NCBI GenBank assembly: GCA_010405405.1
Contig: MU004239.1
Span: 744,001 to 808,000, forward strand
Length of the DNA stretch: 64,000 nucleotides
DNA from: Microthyrium microscopicum
Taxonomy: Eukaryota
Direction: 5' to 3'
Shown here: positions 37,014-50,149 of the stretch, piece by piece
How positions within the stretch are numbered: the stretch's first letter is position 1
Layout: each line of letters begins with the position of its first letter
The notes under the pieces: generated by a model
Told to the model about the DNA's origin: nothing
The model's database searches: none
Seen by the model: the letters and a program-made list of their open reading frames with translations, nothing else
Translations under genes and position numbers: made by a program

Positions 37014-37661
37014 TCAACGACCAAACAGCTTACGTAGTCGACCCATTGGACGCGGAGATTCTGATATTTTCTTAGTCACAGGACGACGAGGGGAAACCAT
37101 TGCCATGAAGTGGCCATATGGCTCTGGGCCTGAGTCCGAACTCTCATCTTCTTGGATCGGCAGTGACAGTCCTGGTGTGATGCCGAATGGATGATGCTGA
37201 TCTTGGCTAGAGTTTGGAGGATTTCGATTGACGTATGCCTGCAAAGCTCGCTGGGGCGAGACACGATTGGTGGAGGGACTTACAATATGTGCAGAAGCTG
37301 TTGTGTGAGAGTCTGAACCATTTCTTGCGACTGATGCTTTTGGGTATGAACCAGGGGCGTTTGTAGACTTGGATCTAGAGAGCGACTTTTTGTATGGAGC
37401 ACTAGGCGTCTTGGTCGACTTGGATCGAGACATTGGAACGCTCTTGGGAGACTCTTGGGCTTTGTGATACACAGTAACTGACCGTGAAAGAGACGACCGT
37501 ATATGGTCTGGCGAAAACTTATCTGTCCAGCTTTGACTCAGTTCCTGCGGACTGGATTGATAGCCCGTTGTTGCTTGACCATAACCAGCGGGCCAATATT
37601 GAGGTGGTTTTTCGCTAGACCCAGTATTTTCGTTTTTTGCTGGTAACATCTCCCTGCTCAT
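37014..37661 (-). CDS. Hypothetical S/P-rich disordered protein
   Basis: 215-aa ORF with repeated SRS(K/V)(S/T) units and a basic amphipathic C-terminus GRLRKLFGR; no recognised domain; the start may lie further upstream. Confidence 0.55.
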   Translation of the reverse strand: MSREMLPAKNENTGSSEKPPQYWPAGYGQATTGYQSSPQELSQSWTDKFSPDHIRSSLSRSVTVYHKAQESPKSVPMSRSKSTKTPSAPYKKSLSRSKSTNAPGSYPKASVARNGSDSHTTASAHIVSPSTNRVSPQRALQAYVNRNPPNSSQDQHHPFGITPGLSLPIQEDESSDSGPEPYGHFMAMVSPRRPVTKKISESPRPMGRLRKLFGR

Positions 37662-38181
37662 GAGTCTTGTGTGATATCCTGAGTTGATGATGCGTCCAGA
37701 TCCTTCAATTACAGGACCTGAGGAATCTAGCCTAGCACAATCAGAGGTTTAGGATGTGTTCATTCGCTATGTGTAAAATTTGGATCCCAACTATAAGTTG
37801 GTCCTCACCCTTGAGACACTATAGTGAACTATCCCATTGTTGAAATGTTCCTTTTTTCATCGAAGTAGTCTTTGTCTGTTCAATGTCGTACATGCTAACA
37901 GCCCGCATGACCAAAAGCGAAGATGTCTCCCACGGCACTATATGATAGGAAAGACGCATTAATTCCTCGGGTTTCTAATATAGATTCAAGCACTTTGAAC
38001 AATCAACTGGAGCTAAGCGTAGCAGATGGTAGACACATGATTGATAGGAACATGTCGGTCATTTTGTCGCCCAGTTGAGTTTAGTCGCCAAACAGCATCC
38101 GAAACTTTCAATAATGAACAATCGAAGAACTTAATTTTCAGAAAGAACCTTCGACGTTTCCTTCCCTGTAACCGGGAGCCT

Positions 38182-39492
38182 TTATATCAATTCGAACTGA
38201 ACATCTAGCTCTTTTTGAAACTCGCGAATGATGGTCATGTCGAAGACACATCCCATGCCAACACGCTTATACTCATCTTGGCTCGTATTTTCTGTCTTCT
38301 CAAGAAGCAGAATATCAAAAGCATTGTGCGTATGGCCGAGATTACCAAGTTGACCATATACTATGCCACCTAGAATACCTGTCCTTGTGGAAACGTGCAA
38401 TGCAACAAGCCGAAGACGGTAGTCCTTGGTGGTCGGATCAAAGCGAATCATTTCCAGGTTATCAAGCACTGCCCAGCCAGCGATAATGGATGGCTCAGCA
38501 ATAGAGCATAGCTGAAACCAGGCATAACCGCGCTCGGTTTTGTCATCTTCTGTCGTCCATAGTTCCTGTGCGTTGGACTTGGTAACTTTACGCAAGAAGT
38601 TTCTCTGCTTCTCATCTAGTGTCTCGCGGATCCACACGTTTGTCATTCGGCCTTCTACTCTTAGACGAGTAAAGCTGTTGTTTAAAGCATAAGGAAATAA
38701 CAACTGACCCGGATGACTGTTTGTAGATTCGTCGAACGCATTACAATTGTTACATGGGCTCTGAATCTTTACTTCAGTGTTGTCCCCCGCTATTAAATGG
38801 GTGATCTGCATTTCGGGCTTCGAATGCGGTGGTTTCTGATCCCAGCAGACCGCATTCAATGTCGAAGCCCACGACCAAGAAGGATAACCAGCCAGTGGTT
38901 TGTAGGATCCTTCTATATTCTTCCTCTGCCAGAGAAGACCTTGGTGAATGTCTCGCAGCCAGAGACCTGCAATGTATTCATAGTGTTGAGGCTCTGCATG
39001 GTACTTTTTATCGTTTATCGAGAAGATTGAGCGAACTTCCTTTGCAACACCTGCCATTGCTATGATACGATCTTTGTTGGCTTGAGTGAGGTCAAGCTCA
39101 GAGTACAACTCTACCAACGTGTACCAAAGCAATTCGGGAGAACCTGTGAACTTTCGGATGCCGGCCTTGAAAAACGGATCTAGCTTGGTACTAGTGCTAT
39201 GTGGAAATTCGATATGGGCCTCTGATACTGGATAACTATCCTGGCACTCGAAAAACAAGCCTGCGGTGGTGAAGTACAGTATACGGCGGCTAAGAAACCA
39301 TTCTTGAAAGATCCATCCCCGCTGAAGTAGTGGACTATTACGGACCAAGTTACGATACTCTTGAGCATGGTCCACCGTCCCAGTGAGGACAGAAGAAGAG
39401 ATACTTTGACATGGACGCATTGACACCATACAAATATAATCTCGCGAAATCTTGAGTAAAGTAATATTGAGCATAGCAGTCAAACTTTGCAC
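38182..39492 (-). pseudogene. C-terminal half of a HET-domain protein lacking the HET domain proper (5'-truncated)
   Basis: SPLLQRGWIFQEWFLSRRILYF, WYTLVELYS..LT...DR..A.AG.A, YIAGLW, YPSWSWAS and YKRVGMG are present; no Y..LSH.WG or WIDxLCI.Q seen upstream; the ORF-track start is GTG. Confidence 0.75.
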
Positions 39493-39787
39493 CGTAGCTA
39501 CATAAAACTTGAAGAACTCACAGTTAAATGGTTTGTGGGATAATGAAGAGGAAGAAGTAGTGGTATCTTCTCAGGGCATGCTCCAGTTTGTCCGAGGTCC
39601 AAATATGTATAGCTTAGAATCTATCTGATTCTGGTATATTGCTATTAGTATAGTGATGGGCTATTGCTTCAATATAGTGATTAGCGCCCAATGCTTACTT
39701 GCAATCAGTACATGAAGTGCTATAAAGAAAACCACCGTCAGGTACGTTTTTTTTCAGAACCCGGTGCTCTTTTCAAGATCTTTCGAA

Positions 39788-42347
39788 ATGGCGCGAAGTA
39801 CACTCTCGTTTTTGTTGCTCGCTCTTTTTTCTGGTGCTACCCATGCTGTTGTAGCGGCAGAATATCAGTTCCACACACCTGAGGCTATCGTCGAATCGCC
39901 TAATTTGAGCGTAAACTCAACAGCCTTCTTTTTTGAAGAGGTCATTAATGCAACTGTGAGAGTTCCGTTCGCTCTAGAGGCTAACGAAGCAATTCCAATT
40001 GAAGGATATCTCAAAATAACGGACATTGATGTAGCAGGTGGTTCTTGGGCTGTAAGCTGAACTGGACTGAGCACATAAGATATAATCTAACCATTTTTCT
40101 CAGGTCCACGAAGATCTGCAGAATCGCAATGGGCACATCGTATTTCAGTCAAGTAGTGGTGCTCAGAGAGTCCTTCCTCGAACCTCTGAGCCTTTCAATC
40201 CTCCTGCAAACGCCAAGTACCCGCGATATGCTGGCTTGAGCATTGCAGAAGTTGGTCTTGCGCTTAATGATATGCTGGCTGATAGATTGCTTGCGTCTGG
40301 TGAGCCAATTGAGGAGCAAGTGAAGCACACTATTCCCCCAATCACTCGCCAAACATGGAACGGATTTGTTGGAAACGTTCAAGCAAATGATGTTGTTGCG
40401 GTATACCCACAAGGCTCAACCAAAAGGTAGGTCAATCTTTTATATTCGTTTCTTGCAACATTTCAGTCGCTGAGCTCAGTGACTGACCAGTTCCACTCAG
40501 ATGACTCTGGATTTTAGCATACTCATATACTTAAAAAAGCTTTACTAACTAAAATCAGTTTCCAAAATGTGCATCTTGCACCAGAGGCAAGTGCTGGACG
40601 CAATACCCGCTTGGAAGGATTTGTTGGTGCATGGAAGCCAGCTATCCGGAAAGTCATGCCAACTTCAGCCACAGACTATTGGGAGACGATCATCTTCGGC
40701 GATGTCGATGCTCCCGACCCTTTCATTATTCAAACTTGGCATCGCAATCAGCACGTTGTGAATGGTCGTGTTGTTAAGGTCACTTACGGAAAAAGCTACC
40801 CTACGTTCGCTAAAGTCCAAAAATCGGTCGATTCCAAGAAGTTCTATGCGGCTTTATTCAGCTTTGCGAACTACTGGGAGAAGCACCTCGAAGACAGAGT
40901 CAATATCCAGCTACCAGATTCTTCATGGGCCGATATGAGTACTCATGCGTTTGCTAAAGAGTTGATGACAAGGCCTGGCGGTAACTATCCAAAATACGGG
41001 GCATTTGACCGTGACTATGCTGGTTCGGAATACGATGGATTCCAGGACATTTTCACATCGGCTGTGTCTGCCAATCTCGAACACGGCCGTTTCAACCACG
41101 CGAAAGATGTTATTGAGAATTATTACACTCTTTTTGTCTCGGACGAGGGCGATATCAATATGCGTGGTCCCCAAGTCGGCCAATTCGGACTGACATTGTC
41201 CCTACTTGCCAAGTATGCTCACTACACTGGAGACACCGCGCTTCTCCAGAAACACAAAGCCAAGATCGTGGCAACAGCTGGCATGCTCGTTAAACTCCAT
41301 GAAGAAGGTCTAGCTCTTCCAAATTCAGATTCCGGTCACGGACTCATCCACGGGTGGTCAGAAAGCGACGCCTGTTTGAAAGGGCGGCCAGAAATCTGGT
41401 GGAAACCGTACTTCTCTAACAGTGCATTTACGATCCGTGGTTTTAGAGATATTGCTGCGCTTCCACTGTTCAAAGACGAAAGTGCCAACTGGCTCAAGCG
41501 TGCCGATGCGCTCCAGAAACGCACCGTCGAATCCATCAAAGCATCCATCATGACGGACAAAGGAAAAACCTTATATGTTCCTCCTCTGCCAGGGACAAAA
41601 CAAACTTTCAGAGAATCAATGGCAGCCCGTGGAGACAGCGAACAAGCTTGGCCCCATCGTCTGTACGCCGAGTTGCTGCATGCAAACATCCTGCCAAAAG
41701 AGCTCCAAAATCAGGTCCAGGACACAGTGCGCGCCTATGGAGCCAGCTCAATGGGTGTAATAGCTAACGTTGGAGTCCCGTCTCCGGCTACTCGCGATAT
41801 TCTTGGCTTCATCTCGTACGGTTCCGCTTTGTCACTACTATACCTAGACCGCATTGATGAGTTTGTTCTATTCCTATACTCGCACAGGTACCATGTTCAC
41901 AACCGTGGCGCATGGCTAGCGGGTGAAGTCACAGGTACCGCTGGCGGAGTAGCAGCCTTCTGTGTTCCTGCGCAAATGACGATTCCTATAATTCTGCGAT
42001 GGGCACTGGTACTCGAAGACCAAGACTCGGATCTGCTATATCTCGGTCGAGGCGTTCCCCGCGAATGGCTCGGTACCGGAAAGGCAATCAGTATCAAACA
42101 AGCTCCAACTCGTTGGGGTAGAGTAGATTATAGCATTATGTTGACGGCTCCTGGCAAGGTGAGAGCTCAGGTCAAGTTCTCGGGCAAGGTGCCCAAGGAA
42201 ATTGAGGTCAAACTCAGATTTCCAAAGGGTGGAAAGGTCAAGTCAGCAACGGTCAATGGAAAAGAAGCCAAGATCGCGCCGAATGAAGCGGTGCTTGTGC
42301 AGACGGATGGACAGACGGAGTTTATCGTTGAAGCCATTGGTGTGTGA
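39788..42347 (+). CDS. Large secreted protein, probable (alpha/alpha)6 glycoside hydrolase-like, family unassigned; 3 exons
   Basis: Signal peptide MARSTLSFLLLALFSGATHA; introns near 40052-40103 and 40427-40558 keep the frame; aromatic/acidic core (YDGFQD, GWSESD, YFSN) and a C-terminal beta module (L.LGRGVPREWL..APTRWG.V.Y) as in six-hairpin glycosidases. Confidence 0.75.
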
Positions 42348-42693
42348 AAGCCTACCAGTTTAAGCAAAAATCCAATCTGTAGCGAGGACGCTTCGAGGTA
42401 CTTAGGAGCTATAGAAAGAACCCAATAATGATCCAGTTCAGGCAATCAAGTTAGAAGTGAAGTTGAGCACATCAAAATATTGGATCGTAGAGGGAAGATA
42501 AGAAGTAAGAATACGCTAGTCCAAATGCGGATTAGCCCCGATCGCGACGCTCTAATGCGCCTTGGAAAGCGGGAAACGTTTGATCTCGCTACGACGTACT
42601 GTGCTACCCAGGTTCCGGACACTCTGGCTTATATGGTATCTAGCAATGCGACAACTGGTAACTCGACGGGAATGACCCGGTTGTATTTGACCA

Positions 42694-45600
42694 ATGGCGG
42701 ATCCCTTCTCGATCATCGCTTCGACAATAGGAGTGATTGATGTAGCCGTCAGGCTGACAGCTTTCTTGATCGATGTGAAAGAAGGCAGCGAAACGATAGA
42801 CCAAGATCTTGATAGGTTGCTTGGGGAGATCAAGTCCCTGAATGCCATAAGTCGTTTGATACAGGAAAGCTTCGAAAGAGATGTTGCGACCAGCACACCG
42901 AACCAAGATGAAGAAGCTGCAGTCACCATGTGGCGGGAAACCGGAAACGTGCTGAGGGACTCTCAGAAAACTCTTTCGGAACTAGAGCTGCTGATAAAGA
43001 AAGTTCATGGCCTGGATGGTTCGTCTACTTACGACAGGGTGCGAAGGTTTATCCGTAAACAAGTCAAAGAGGATGAGTTTGCTCGCCTTTGGACTCGACT
43101 TAACGATGGCTATCATCTGCTCCAGATCCTTCTGTCAGCAATCAACATGTAAGCTCTCTTGACAAATATGGCGAGTGATGGCACCATACTGATACAGAGT
43201 AGAACATATACAAGAAGGTCTCAGGAGACGTCAAACGAGTCATTTCAAGACCTGTCTTCCACAATTCAGGCACTGGGTAGCACTATACAAGACCAAATTG
43301 CTTCAGTGATCGCGAGATTGGACAAGCAGAACGTCTCTCCCTGGGCGAACAGGGTGTGTTATGCTTTGAGCTAGCCGTATGTTGGATCTGACCCTGTGAT
43401 TCTAGACCCGTCACGTTTTGGAAACTGCTCAATTCATCAGAAGATCAGCATCTTTGAACGCCCACTTTATGATACCACAAACTGTGAGTGGCTCTTACCG
43501 AGGACGGAAGGTTTTTCTCGAAACGCTCAAGCGGGAGTATATGACACCTGGCACACCTGGAACTTTACCACAGCAGAAACGATTTGTGATCTACGGCCTC
43601 GGGGGGTCTGGGAAGACCCAATTCTGCTGCAAATTTGCGCAGGATAATAAACAAGAGTACGTTGACCAAAACTGCCGCCAGATCATGGCCTCACTAATTC
43701 GTTCGTACCCTCAGCTTTTGGGGAGTGTTTTATATCGATGCAGGCAGCGAAGAGAGTACTGTAGCATCGTACGCGGAGATAGCCGAAAAAGCTGCAACCA
43801 AAGGCGACAAAATTGAGGGCACAGAGAAAGCTGTTAAATACTGGCTGTCCTCACACAAGCAGCCGTGGCTTTTGATCATTGACAATGTTGATGAACGCTT
43901 GAGTGACACTTCGCCAGAAAGCTATTTGCCAGAGAGTGATGCCGGGCTAGTTCTTTTTACGACGAGAAATCAATCTCTTCGATCCGTGGGGAACTTTGGT
44001 CCCAGATTTTTTGAATTTACCGGACTGGATGAAGATGAATCAGTGGACCTCTTACTGACAGAAGCTTGTCATCCTTCTCCGTGGGCCACAAAAGCAATAA
44101 GTACTGCCACAGATATATGTCAAACACTCGGCTATCTACCGCTAGCGATAGTCCATGCCGGAAACGCAATTTTAAAAGAGTTGTGTACTTTAGACAGCTT
44201 TCTTGCTTTCTTCGAGCGAACATTTTCTCGACTTCGTGAGAGCATCCAGGAGAAGGGCGCTCGGCAGAGAAGAAACAGCCAGTCGAATAACGAGACGGTC
44301 TACTCTGGAATCGAAATACAAATAACAGCAGCTTCTGAAGATGCTCTTGAGCTCCTGAATCTCCTCGCATTCATGCACCGCCAGCGCTTTCACTTTGAAA
44401 TCCTGATACAAGCAGTCATGAATCCACAGATCGAGTACTCTGCGGAAAAGGCAGCCAAAGCACAGAAACCCAACGACAAACATGCTCTGAAACCGTCCAT
44501 GAAGAAGCTACTGCGAATATACACCGTTCGCCTAGCTCAACGAATCATGGCGCTCGGTGAGAAAAAGGTCTTGCCAAGAATCATACGAGATGTCCAGGGA
44601 CTGGATAGAGACGACGTCAACCTCAGACTTCGCGGAGCCTTGGCAGACTTGAGAAGTCGAGCTTTAGTAGACCACGTTCTAGCCGATGATAGCTATTCGA
44701 TGCATCCGCTTGTCCATCGATGGGCTCGAGAAAGGATGAGTCTTAACCAACAAGCAATCTGGTGTCACTCTGCATGTAATATCCTAGCTAATGTTGTCTT
44801 ACTTCCTCCCTTAGTGGCCGGAGACAATGATATCATTGTACGAAGACATACCTTACCGCACATCGAACACATGCGGAAACAACAAGAAATCATTGAACAG
44901 AATTTCCGCCAACGATCGGAAGGGCGATGGCGACCTTGGTCCTTAGAGCGAATCGTAGGCGGTCCAGATATTCGCCAAAATGCCAAATTTGGTCTCGTTT
45001 ATGCTGAGAGCGCGCAATGGAAAGAGGCGAACAAAATGTTTACAATTGTCGACGATTTTCTCTCCAAGACTATCGGTCTCGAAGATCCGATCGCTATTCG
45101 AGCACGACTTTTCCTCTCAGCAACCTATTGGTGGTTGGAAGATGAAGACAAAGTAGACCGATTGCAATTCGAATTGCTCGATGTTTGCATGGAGCACAGA
45201 GGCGAAAGAGACCTCAACACGTTGCTCGTCATCGATAAGATTGGAGTTAGCCTATGGCAACAGTGTAAATTTCAAAAGGCTCTAACTTATTCACAAAGAG
45301 CTGTGGACGGATTCAAAGCCATACATGATGGCAATCACACGGATACGTTTCTGGCCATGTCCCATCTAGGTCGAGTCTTTGGAAAATTTGCAGAGTTCGG
45401 AAAGGCAGTTAACCTTCACGAAGAAGCACTTGAAGGCCTCCGACGGGAGCAAGGCCACCCTGAATATGACCAGGACACTATCGATGTAATGGAATGTCTT
45501 GCCATGGCTCGCTACGATAGGCATCGATACGATAATGCACCACTCGAGGAGCTGCACCTTGCCCTAGCGCTCCAACTTGAAGTGACTCACAAGCGAGAGA

Positions 45601-46031
45601 GCAAACTCGGCAAACAGCACCCCATCACTTTGCTGGGCTTTTTGAACCTCGCTCGCATCAAAGCCGGCCTTGGCGATCTTGAAGAGGCGGAGAAGATCAT
45701 TAGCTCCCGGATTCCTGTTGTTGTTGGTACATTGGGCGAGACACACCATGGAACTCTCTTAGGGAAGATGTTCCTCGGACATGTCCTGACTCTCAGAGGC
45801 AGATTATCTGAGGCTGAAGATATTCTTGAATTCGTTGTTCGAGAGTATGAGAATGGCGTCAAGAAAAACCATGCTGATCAGCTGGTCGCGTCTGCTTTTC
45901 TGGTCACTTGCTATAAGCGGCAAGGCAAGCATACGGAGGCAATACCCGTACAGACAAAAGTCACGAAAGCAGTAAGAATGATGTTTGGCGAGGACTCTTG
46001 GTGGGAGGAGTACTTTTCAAAGAACTTTTGA
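42694..46031 (+). CDS. Fungal NLR: HeLo-like N-terminal domain, NB-ARC and TPR repeats; 4 exons
   Basis: MADPFSIIASTIGVIDVA N-terminal helix; Walker A GLGGSGKT; Walker B WLLIIDNVDE; LGYLPLAI; YSMHPLVH; TPR-type repeats (LGKQHPITL, LGETHHGTL). Confidence 0.92.
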
Positions 46032-46183
46032 GCATGATGAGCTTACGCGGAACGTCGAAGATACCCATTATTAATCCCGTATATACCCTGCTTTAGTACT
46101 AATCATAACCCATTTTTCGTTATTCTTCATTCATAATCATCACATTGGACTCGAAGTAGTCTACAATGAGAGACGACCCGTTG

Positions 46184-48024
46184 TCATGCCGCGAGACGAA
46201 CAAAAACACCAGCATCCGGCGACATCGTCAGCCCAACATGATACTTGACATTATCCACCCAATTTTCCTCGGGATTTTGCTTAAGCTCATTTCCAGTCTC
46301 ATCCGCCGCAACGATTTTCTCGAAATGTTGCAATACTCGACAAGTCAGATACTTCGCCTGATCAAGCGCAAACCGCTCTGTATCATATTTCGTAAGCACT
46401 TCATCCGTAAAGCATACAATTTTGTACATACCGCCCAAGCATTTCCGTGGCCCTCCAATAAAAGGATGAAATGACCAATCAACCATCCTCTCGTTGACAA
46501 CGTTATCATTCCATCTCTCGATGGAGAATTTGCCAGCATCTTCGCCATAAAGGTCCGTCGAGCGGTGGGTCGCAAACGTTGATAGAGCGATCAAGGTGCC
46601 TTTGGGAACAAGCATTGGCGAGAGACCATCTTCGCCGCCTCCACGTGGAAATGTCGTTGCGTTTTTGCAGAAGCGGCCGTTGATAGGAACAGGCGGGAAG
46701 AGGCGTAGAGCTGTAAGGAGTACCGATTAGTCAAGATACCAATAGGCTTAAACATAAGAGAACTTACTCTCAGTCATAAACTGATCCAACAACACCATTC
46801 TCCCCAACTCACTCTTGCTTGGTTTCCGCTCTCTATCCTCCCCTAATAGCCCCTCCATCTCCTCCTTAAGCATTTTAAACAGTCCAGGCTCTCTCGATAG
46901 AGCATAAAAGATCCAGCACAACAAACTCCCACTGGTATCCCTCCCAGCCAACAACAAGTTCAAAAACTGATCTCGAACAAACTCCGTATCAACACCTTGA
47001 TGAAGTAGAGGCGCAAAGGCAATGTGCTGTCCCAGACTCGTACTATTATCCTTCAACGCCTCATACGCCTGCCCAATAACTCTTGCAACAATATCTCTCG
47101 TGGCTCGACAAGAGTCCCTCAGTTCTTTGGTGTTGACTAGCCAGTAGAATTGCTTTAAGCGCTCGCGTTTGTAGATCCATTTAAATGCTGTGTTGTATTC
47201 TTTGGCGAATTCGGTGCCCCAGACAGAGCTGTCTGATGTGGAGGCCTCTGATATCCCAGTCTTACCAGTGAATATCGCTGGGTCGCCGAGCAAGAACTCT
47301 GTAGTGAGTTCAAGCGAGAGGTCGAAAAGAGGTGGTTTCATATTCGCAAAGAACGAACCATCCTTCTCACCAGCCCCATCACCACCAATCTTTCCCAACA
47401 ATTTCTGGAAATGCTTCTCCACCAATTCCAGGTTCAACAATGTCGACCTCTGTATCATCGGCGCCAACAACTTCCTCGAATGCTCCCACTTCGCTCCATC
47501 CTGCGTGAAAATGCCATCACCAAGAAGCGGTGAAAGGCAACCATGTCTTGCGCTCCCAATCTCGAAATCTATACAAATCAGCAATGCCCGATTTGACGAG
47601 GGTCCAGGTTACGAGGGTTCTTCAGCAATGAAAACCTTCATCTCACGTACCTTTAAACTTCCGAGAGAGCATATCCCTTATATTCTCAGGATCTCTCGTA
47701 ATGATCGTATACAACGGCCCGCTCTTCTGCCCATACGTATCGCCAAACTTCTCATGATCACCCAGCATGAGTAGGGGATAGGCTTTAGCTTTCTCAGCCT
47801 CCATCACCTTGAATAGCTTGTCGATGCCGAGAGGCAGGCGATTTGGTAGGCATTTTGCCGGTTTACAGCCCTCCCGTTCTGAGATTTCCTGGTTGATTTT
47901 CTGGGGAGAAAGGTCATTATACGATGGAGAATTAGTGGAGGGTGGTTACATGAGATTTGTAGGATTGGAGCGCGTAGTAAAGGAGACCACAGGCGATCAG
48001 GCTGAGAATGTAGGGCGATAGCAT
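46184..48024 (-). CDS. Cytochrome P450, CYP52-like, multi-exon
   Basis: N-terminal anchor MLSPYILSLIACGLLYYAL; DPENI; PLLGDGIFTQDG..WEHSR; LLAGRDT; E.LRLFPPVP; F.IERW; PFIGGPRKCLG heme motif. Confidence 0.93.
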
Positions 48025-48548
48025 CGTGTTGAAGAAGACCAACCACCTGATCAAGTGGCCTGGGATTTCGGTGGCCTAGGTTATTGCGATTGGTATCATG
48101 CCGTGCCGTGTGTTGTTGAAAGAAGAGCGTAGTATGTACAGAAGAAAGGGAGCCGATATCTTCGTGTCGTTAGCGATTAGAGTTTCATAATTCAACGCCC
48201 CACTAATGTCCAATGCATGCAGGTTGGTTAACCATCGCGATCTTGTATATGCTCTACTATTACTAATATTACTACTAAAAACCATTCAACAACCAGCTAA
48301 TCAGCTCCCATCAACTATGGTACCCTTCTCTCAATGGATTACCCTATTCAAAGAAGGCTTTAGCGATCGCCTCGCGATTGACAAAGTGCAAAAATATGGA
48401 ATCTATTTTTAGAATGGTCATCATCACCCTGTCTCAATATAATTCGCATTTGGGAGACAGATCAATATGATGCTGTTTGACCTACTTTCATCTTGAGATT
48501 TAACTATCATACATATACTAGATTACACCTTCGCGCCTATTAAGCCCT

Positions 48549-49634
48549 TCATTTACTTCCTGTTAGAACAGCTGTTGGCACGCTGTCTCGAGTAAGAATC
48601 CACATGAACAAGAATTGGAGAGGGAAGGAGTAGATGAAGAGGAACTGTGTCCTTCGTTGGCGATGTGATCTGCTGGCAGTATATGCTTGGCCACTGTTCG
48701 TGTTCGGCGATGTGTCGGGGAGAAGGACGTATTTCAATGACCGGAGCTATGGCGAGTCAGCATTGATTAGGAGATAGGACGTTGTCAAGCTTACCAAGAA
48801 AAAGCCATTTGCCGCAAAGGTGTATATGAACACGCCCCAACCGACCCATCCACCAGATCCACCACCACGATTCGCGATTTCACTGAGGAGGAGCGTGAGT
48901 ATTACGCCAACGAATTTGTATCCAGAGTATGCCACCAAGTCCAGAAGCTGGCTCTCATTGTTGATGCTCAGCAGATACATGGCCAGTCGTATAATGGCAA
49001 TTTCGAGAAACACCACCACTAAGGCGGTTGTAGCTGTCAACCCAAACAGCTCTGGATGAAACGTTCGTCGTAGACCAGCCAACAGTGTCGAGAATAAGAT
49101 ATAAGTGACCAACGCCATCAACGGGATGTACATATCAGGGGAATTGATATCCTCTCTTGGGGGAGCATATACTCCGAAGTCCTGGCCTCCATTATGTGAT
49201 AGATGCTGAGTGCGACTCCAAGGACGATGCCACCAAGGAAATAGAACCAACCGGAGTTTGCTGACCACGTATGAATTGGACACGTTGAAATAGTGCTTTA
49301 ATGAAGCCACGTTTACCCAGCGGTTCATGTTTGATTCTAGGTATTGCTGGCCAGCATCAAACGCGCTCTTTCCCATGTGTAGCCCCATTTGTGCTGTGGG
49401 ATCTGCCATGAAGCCACCAAATGCTGGGTTGGGGTTCCCATACTGCGCTTGGCCAGGCTGTTGGGGTTGTGCGCCTTGTGGATAGCCATAATTGCCGGAT
49501 GAGGCTCCAGCGGACTGGGGCGCGGGCGGAGGTGGTGATCGTAGATGGGGGACGGTCGAGACGTGTTGAGGGACAGGATGGTGGAGAGGAGGCGAGTGAG
49601 CAGGCGGAGGGTTCTGAAAGCCTGATCGATGCAT
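48549..49634 (-). CDS. YIF1: ER-Golgi transport protein Yif1 (Hrf1), 2 exons
   Basis: LKHYFNVSNSYV..KL.LVLFPW, PREDINSPDMYIPLMA.VTY, DLVAYSGYKFV and LRSLKYVLLP. Confidence 0.95.
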
Positions 49635-50149
49635 CGTGAAGATGTTTTAGAGACGAGATGTAATGACTGATGGGTGGAGAATGGGGTATTTTGTGGTTGA
49701 AGAGGTGCCCGGCGCAAAGATCTGGATATGGTGTCCAGAAGCTCTAGGAGAATAGCGCCAGGCAGCAAGCTCAATTGAAGGGCCTGTGTATGAGGATTAT
49801 CAGGACACTAGAATAAGCGTACTTTGATAGCGACGAATACAAGGTTGACTGCCTGATTGAGTATTGAAGATGTTTGGTTGTGGGAGATGTGTTGTTTTTT
49901 GGTGTTGAGGTAGTCTCTTGGTCTTTTGGGAAGGGGTGACGAATATGGCAAGCGCAAGCCAGGGTCGCAGGGTCGCAGCTTCCACTTGTTCGGCTCCTTC
50001 CCAGAAGCCCATCCCACCTTCCTCACCAGACTCAGGACTGGCTGCATCTTTCCGCGAGCTCTACATACCCTCCCGTGGCTCCTTACATCAGTCTCTCTGC
50101 ATCCTCCATATTCCATAAGACAGACATTTCTTCCATATGCACTGCCATA

